The notes under the pieces: generated by a model
The model's database searches: none
Seen by the model: only the letters and a program-made list of their open reading frames with translations
What the model was told of the DNA's origin: nothing
DNA from: Octopus bimaculoides
Taxonomy: Eukaryota
Length of the DNA stretch: 42,198 nucleotides
Direction: 5' to 3'
NCBI RefSeq assembly: GCF_001194135.2
Contig: NC_069010.1
Location: 1,015,011 to 1,057,208 of the forward strand
Shown here: positions 37,201 through 42,198 of the stretch, one piece after another
Position numbering within the stretch: position 1 is the first letter of the stretch
Layout of the letters: each line of letters opens with the position of its first letter
Position numbers and translations under genes: made by a program

Positions 37201-38649
37201 TATCTTTCCGTTGAGCAATTTCTTCTGGGCATTCTGTTAATCTAAGTAGCATAACCATAGAGAGCACAAATCAACTGATATTGTGCAACCTACAGCTATT
37301 CCAGATCCAGAACCTGGCAGTCTTTTGTGAAATTTTCTCTCATGAAACATTTTGAAATTGTTATAGCAACTCCTCATCGGATTCCTTTCATCGATGATCA
37401 ACTGTTGAAGACAATGGTTTTGGTTAGAATGTTTATAGTTTCAACAGGATTACCATGTAATAGTTTAATATTTAGACTGTCTTCCAAAATTTCCTTTATC
37501 TCTTGAGACATTCTACATAATCGAACAACTCTGTCATTATTTCATTTAATTATTACATGATAACACCATTCTTTCTTTAGGTTTGTCTTTCCATTCTTAT
37601 ATCTGCACTAAACATATGACGTGAGTTTCTCCTCTCACTTCTGCCCTTCTCTAACCAACATTATTCTCATCTTTGCTTAATTCTGATGGCAACCAATTTG
37701 GTTATCAATGATCTAACTATAAACATATGACACACCACTTCGAGGAGTATAAACATGCGCACCTGATCTCCTTGTTAATCATTGCTCAGGTAATCATTGG
37801 TTTTTAATTCCCTGCATCACAGTTCTGTAGAATGTCAGCTGATGCGGGAAATGCTTTAAAACACCTTAATAAGCCAGTGTTTATAAAGATGAGCGAAGAT
37901 TAGTTCAACACAGGTGGAACAGAAAATGACAACAGGTGCCCTCAATGATGATACACTTGCACAAAACTTCACTCTGCCCCAGGTAACTCTTCATCCCTAC
38001 ATTATAGCAGTGCAAAGAAGATCTGAAATGGTAGAAAGGAACTGATTCTTAAGAATCTAGGATACCCTCTTCTGTATATCAACCAAACTGTTATTTATTC
38101 TTTGATGTCCCCTTAATCAATACGGTGCCTCTGAATGGGCTGAAAACTGAATTACAAACAAATCTGAGGGGACAAAATTGACACCTCTGTAGAAATATTT
38201 ATCTGACAGAAACTGTCTTCCTGATGTCGTAGTTAACAACATTACAAGGAATATGAAACCCTGCTCACACCCCATTCCACCAACACTACTTTACCACATT
38301 TGTCACTAATGATCTTTGATGTCACCTGATTGAATATGTTTCTAAAATACTTTATAAAATACATCTAATTAGCGTCAACTACGTATACAGAAATGTTCGA
38401 CAACATAGTGTTTCCTATGAAATGAAGCGAAAACACAATACTATCTCGACCATACTGAAAAATAGGGACCATAATTATGGTTCGTATGAATGTGAACTTG
38501 TAAATAAGAAAAGCTGTAAAATTACAGAGAGTAACAACATGTAGAATGTTACTTGAAGGTGCTAAGTTCTGCTGAGGTTCTACAATTTGAGAAATGATCT
38601 ACCTATGATAAGAATATTGACAATATACAATACGATATTTAGAGGCCTC

Positions 38650-39206
38650 TGAAATGAAGGCATTTACTGGGGAAGGTATTCATAAAGGAGCGGGCCAGTC
38701 CACATGTGCCCACTGCTTGTGCGTTACTAAACCTCGGAGTGATTAAAATACGTCTAATAAATGTTGTTCAAAATGACATGATTCACACAGGGGCAATATA
38801 CAATCTCGATTGCTTACGGAGCAGACCATTTTGCCAAGCAAGTCTGTGTGGTTGTGACTACCAGGAACAGCAGCGGCGATACGTTTTGCATGTTGGTGAT
38901 TCTCACAGACACATACTGAATGCATGCCTGAGGTAGAAACTGGAACACAGCATTTTGGTTGCAAGTCACAAAGAAGCGAATATTCCTCCGACTCATACAA
39001 TTGTATTATCCGTTCATTTCAGTTGCAATTTATAAAACTTTAAAAAATCTACCTTTTATGCAGCGTTTTTCTTGCATTCCACACAAAACGTCTGCCGATT
39101 CATAAGCAATGGCTATTTTAGTCGGTGGGCCCTTAATCCGTTCTCAATTACAGTAACAATTTCCTTTTTAGCTGGGCAAACACGGGAATAATCTTCCAAC
39201 ACATAG
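38650..39206 (-). mobile_element. Cys-rich DDE transposase relic, N-terminal part, core deleted
   Basis: EDYSRVCPAKKEIVTV; CDLQPKCCVPVSTSGMHSVCVCENHQHAK. Confidence 0.8.
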
Positions 39207-39437
39207 NNNNNNNNNNNNNNNNNNNNNNNNNNNNNNNNNNNNNNNNNNNNNNNNNNNNNNNNNNNNNNNNNNNNNNNNNNNNNNNNNNNNNNNNNNNNNN
39301 NNNNNNNNNNNNNNNNNNNNNNNNNNNNNNNNNNNNNNNNNNNNNNNNNNNNNNNNNNNNNNNNNNNNNNNNNNNNNNNNNNNNNNNNNNNNNNNNNNNN
39401 NNNNNNNNNNNNNNNNNNNNNNNNNNNNNNNNNNNNA

Positions 39438-40372
39438 ACTGAATGCAAAATGCTTACCATACATTTATGTATTGATGTGTGTTAATATTTTGGATTTAGA
39501 GGACTATTGCGCATACACACCAAAAGTGTGCGGCTGAATCCAGTAGGGGGTATGAAATTCATTACAAATAATGAAGGAGTGGATGCGTGAATCTATTAGA
39601 GGGTACCATATGCGCACCAGCGCACGTGATCCAATTATTTTCCATTTTATTTGGAAAGTGAATTAACTACCAAGGAGATGAGAATATAAATTGAATGTTT
39701 GAACGAATAAAGTTTGGATAAATGCATTCCTGGAGTACAAGTTACATTCCCTTGTTTAAATGCTCACATGGTGAACTTAAGAGGCGAAAATTGTCAACGA
39801 TGTTATTTTTTCACCCCAAGCCATTTTCAGGAACCTCTAAATGTTATAGTATATCTTGAACATTATCAGTATTCTGATCATGGACACATCAATCCTCAAA
39901 GTCAAAAAACGCACCACACATTTTCTTGTATTACATCATGGCTCAACGTGGGTCCCTTGAATATTGATTTTTTCTTTTTAATTTCCGCCCATGAAAATGT
40001 TCCTATTTGAAAGGCCACTAACGTGAATATGGAAGAAGATAATAGAGGAATTCTGATAGCAGATTCTGGCCGATCTGAATGCAGATTACATGCTGTAGCC
40101 AATTTCAAACAAATATTGTGAATAGTTTTTAAACCGTTCAGCACCAAAATCGTATAAATTGACATTCGCGCTCCACGAGGGGTGTGGCCCTCAAAGTTTG
40201 GTAGGGCATATTAATGAAACCCATAATGGTTGAACACTAAAATTATACATGTGTTCCTTATGTATATAGAGATATTACCAAAAACACTCTGAGCCAAATC
40301 CGAGTCGGTCATGTGAAAAGTCACTTCTTTTAAAACTTTGTTGAATTCCTATGAAATGCTCCTAATGTAAAA
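39438..40372 (-). mobile_element. Possible 5' terminal/subterminal region of a DNA transposon
   Basis: Non-coding block absent from copy A and lying 5' of the transposase relic. Minus strand starts GGAGCATTTCATAGGAATT after TTA. The matching end was not found. Confidence 0.3.
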
Positions 40373-41289
40373 ATAGTGGCTGCGAGGAATGGAAACCATA
40401 TATTTATTGACAATTGTGTCTACAAGAAGGTTCTACTTGAAAGTAAAATATGCTTTTAAGCAAGATTTATAAAATGGAATTAAACATTTCATATTTGGAA
40501 GAATTTCACATGATTTTAAATTTGTCTATACAGCAGAGGAAGTGTCTAGGGAGATGATGGGACTTACAACAACAACATCAACAACAAATGAAATTTCAAA
40601 GTTTATCGTTATTTCCGCAGTTAATCTCTAACAACAAGGGACACAAACTAATAAAGGGATTCCCATGTAGTGGATAGATCTGCTAGAATTAGTAGCCAAA
40701 ACCTACTCAGTTCAAAAGTTATCATCTTATAGAAGTATGAATTAGACAATGTGGTTCTGGGTTCCCTATACCTTGAGAAACGACAGGATGGTCCTGGATG
40801 GAAGGCATTTGATCATAGGTCTCTGCTTATTGAAGGTAGACTTGGGGTTAAACAACAGCAACATTTACAAGAAATCTCTTTTACGTCTCATGGTTAGATA
40901 TTCAAGTTTCATTCAGTTTCATCAAGAGCTTCTCTTAATGTTCCAAGTGTACGTTTCGCTGGGTCACAGCTTGTAAATCCTTTGTACAGAATCTGGAAAC
41001 TCTGTTCTACAGCTTCGTTAGGATGGTTATATTTGTATAACAAAGAAATCATATGAATAGACGAATGAGAATTACTTAAGAAACAAGGAAACAAGAAAAC
41101 ATTGTTCTCTATTTCTAAAGATGCTGACAGAAATAACAAAAGAGTCGAAAAAAAAGCCTGAAGATGGAGAAAAATGTTTAAAATATAATTGAAAATTATA
41201 CATGAGAATATGTGTCAAGAAAGAATAAAAAAAGATCACCAACAGTTAGACCATTTCATCCATCCATCCATTTTCTCTGCCCTCTATGC

Positions 41290-42198
41290 ATAGGAGTGTT
41301 GTAGGTGTAGTGTCCTCAGGCATCTCCTCCTTCATACAATCCTATCAGAGGAACTTTCTTTAGAATTTCTGAAAGGACTCTCAAACATCACAAATTGAAA
41401 TTATGGATTTTATCCAATAAGCTCTTCTTGTTTTACCCCTAGGTCTCCCGTCAGTTGGCTCTGCTTCAAGAATCCGTTTGCGATTCTATTCTCTGACATT
41501 CTAATCGGGTGCCTGTAGTATGGAGTTGTGACCTCTCAATGCAGAGAAGCAGTGCTGGGTAAGGTGGAGGAGAGAGAGAGACCTAAATCTCCAAGCTTTA
41601 TACCCTGTCAAGCAACTTTATTCCAGAGGAACAAGATTTCAGCTATTTGATAACGTCCTATGCTCAATGCCTGAAATAGTCATTAGTGATGTCTTTACTC
41701 CCATGTTTAATAAATAATTAAAGAGTATCAACATTTAGAAATATGTAGAAAGTGGGGATTGAAATGTCAAACAAGACCAGTAATATTAGTTAACACCTGG
41801 ACTAATTAAAATAGAAATAGACACGAAACCAGAATGATTTCAATTACAAAAGAATATAATAGTGCTTAGTTCACATTACATATTATAGAAGACAGGAGCT
41901 TAATCTTTCTGGTTTCCTGACTCATAAAAAGGATTTCTTTTACAGGATCAAGGCCATGATTTAGAGAAATTCCAATAATGGAGAGTGCTTAAGGTGACCC
42001 TTACAATGAGAAGAATTTTAGCAGAAAAGGAAGCAGGACTCACCATCATATATACCATATGTCTACAACACTTAGGTCTTGAAGGAATCGCTTTATCCAC
42101 AAATATCTACATCAACTGAGAAGTTATCATTCTTGATATGCAGGAAAAAAGGAGGTGGAGGGAAATCATATATGGTGAACCCAATGCACACAATGGGT
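41290..42198. mobile_element. Duplicated RTE relics (minus at ~41290-41690; plus at ~41930-42198)
   Basis: Paralogs of 6380-6830 and 7070-7330. Confidence 0.6.

Larger units (their letters stand above)
33483..42198. repeat. Segmental duplication copy B (paralog of 283-7330, with extra sequence at 39438-41000)
   Basis: Collinear matches as listed for copy A. Includes HERO relics (35195-36282, 37164-38060) and the GPCR-like relic (~38320-38645). Confidence 0.9.

Noticed and set aside
7483-39464. Many long ORFs in the track that are mostly X
   Set aside because: They only span N gaps and carry no coding evidence.

Overview
AT-rich animal genomic DNA with many N gaps. It is most likely an octopus, inferred from SINE and RTE-LINE families I recognise from memory and from the dense microsatellites. 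There is no intact full-length gene. One clear host coding exon is present: a 140-nt RING-HC (C3HC4, MIB/IAP-like spacing) exon on the minus strand at 11328-11467. Most other sequence is decayed transposons: HERO-like (R2-group, restriction-like endonuclease) non-LTR relics, RTE and CR1-type LINEs, tRNA-derived SINEs, Tc1 and mariner relics, and a cysteine-rich DDE transposase relic. These sit in nested segmental duplications, including ~283-7330 repeated at ~33483-42198, and a ~1 kb-arm inverted duplication at 14328-17745. The most unusual structure is an old, repeatedly duplicated minus-strand cassette. Each copy carries short blocks with conserved splice signals, including six 51-72 nt frame-preserving exon-like blocks, followed by a HERO relic that has the same internal deletion in several diverged lineages. 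The RING exon is followed by a paralog of this cassette's last segment, so the array may be the amplified 3' end of a RING-ligase gene. All family assignments are by-eye motif recognition, not database results, and element boundaries are approximate.
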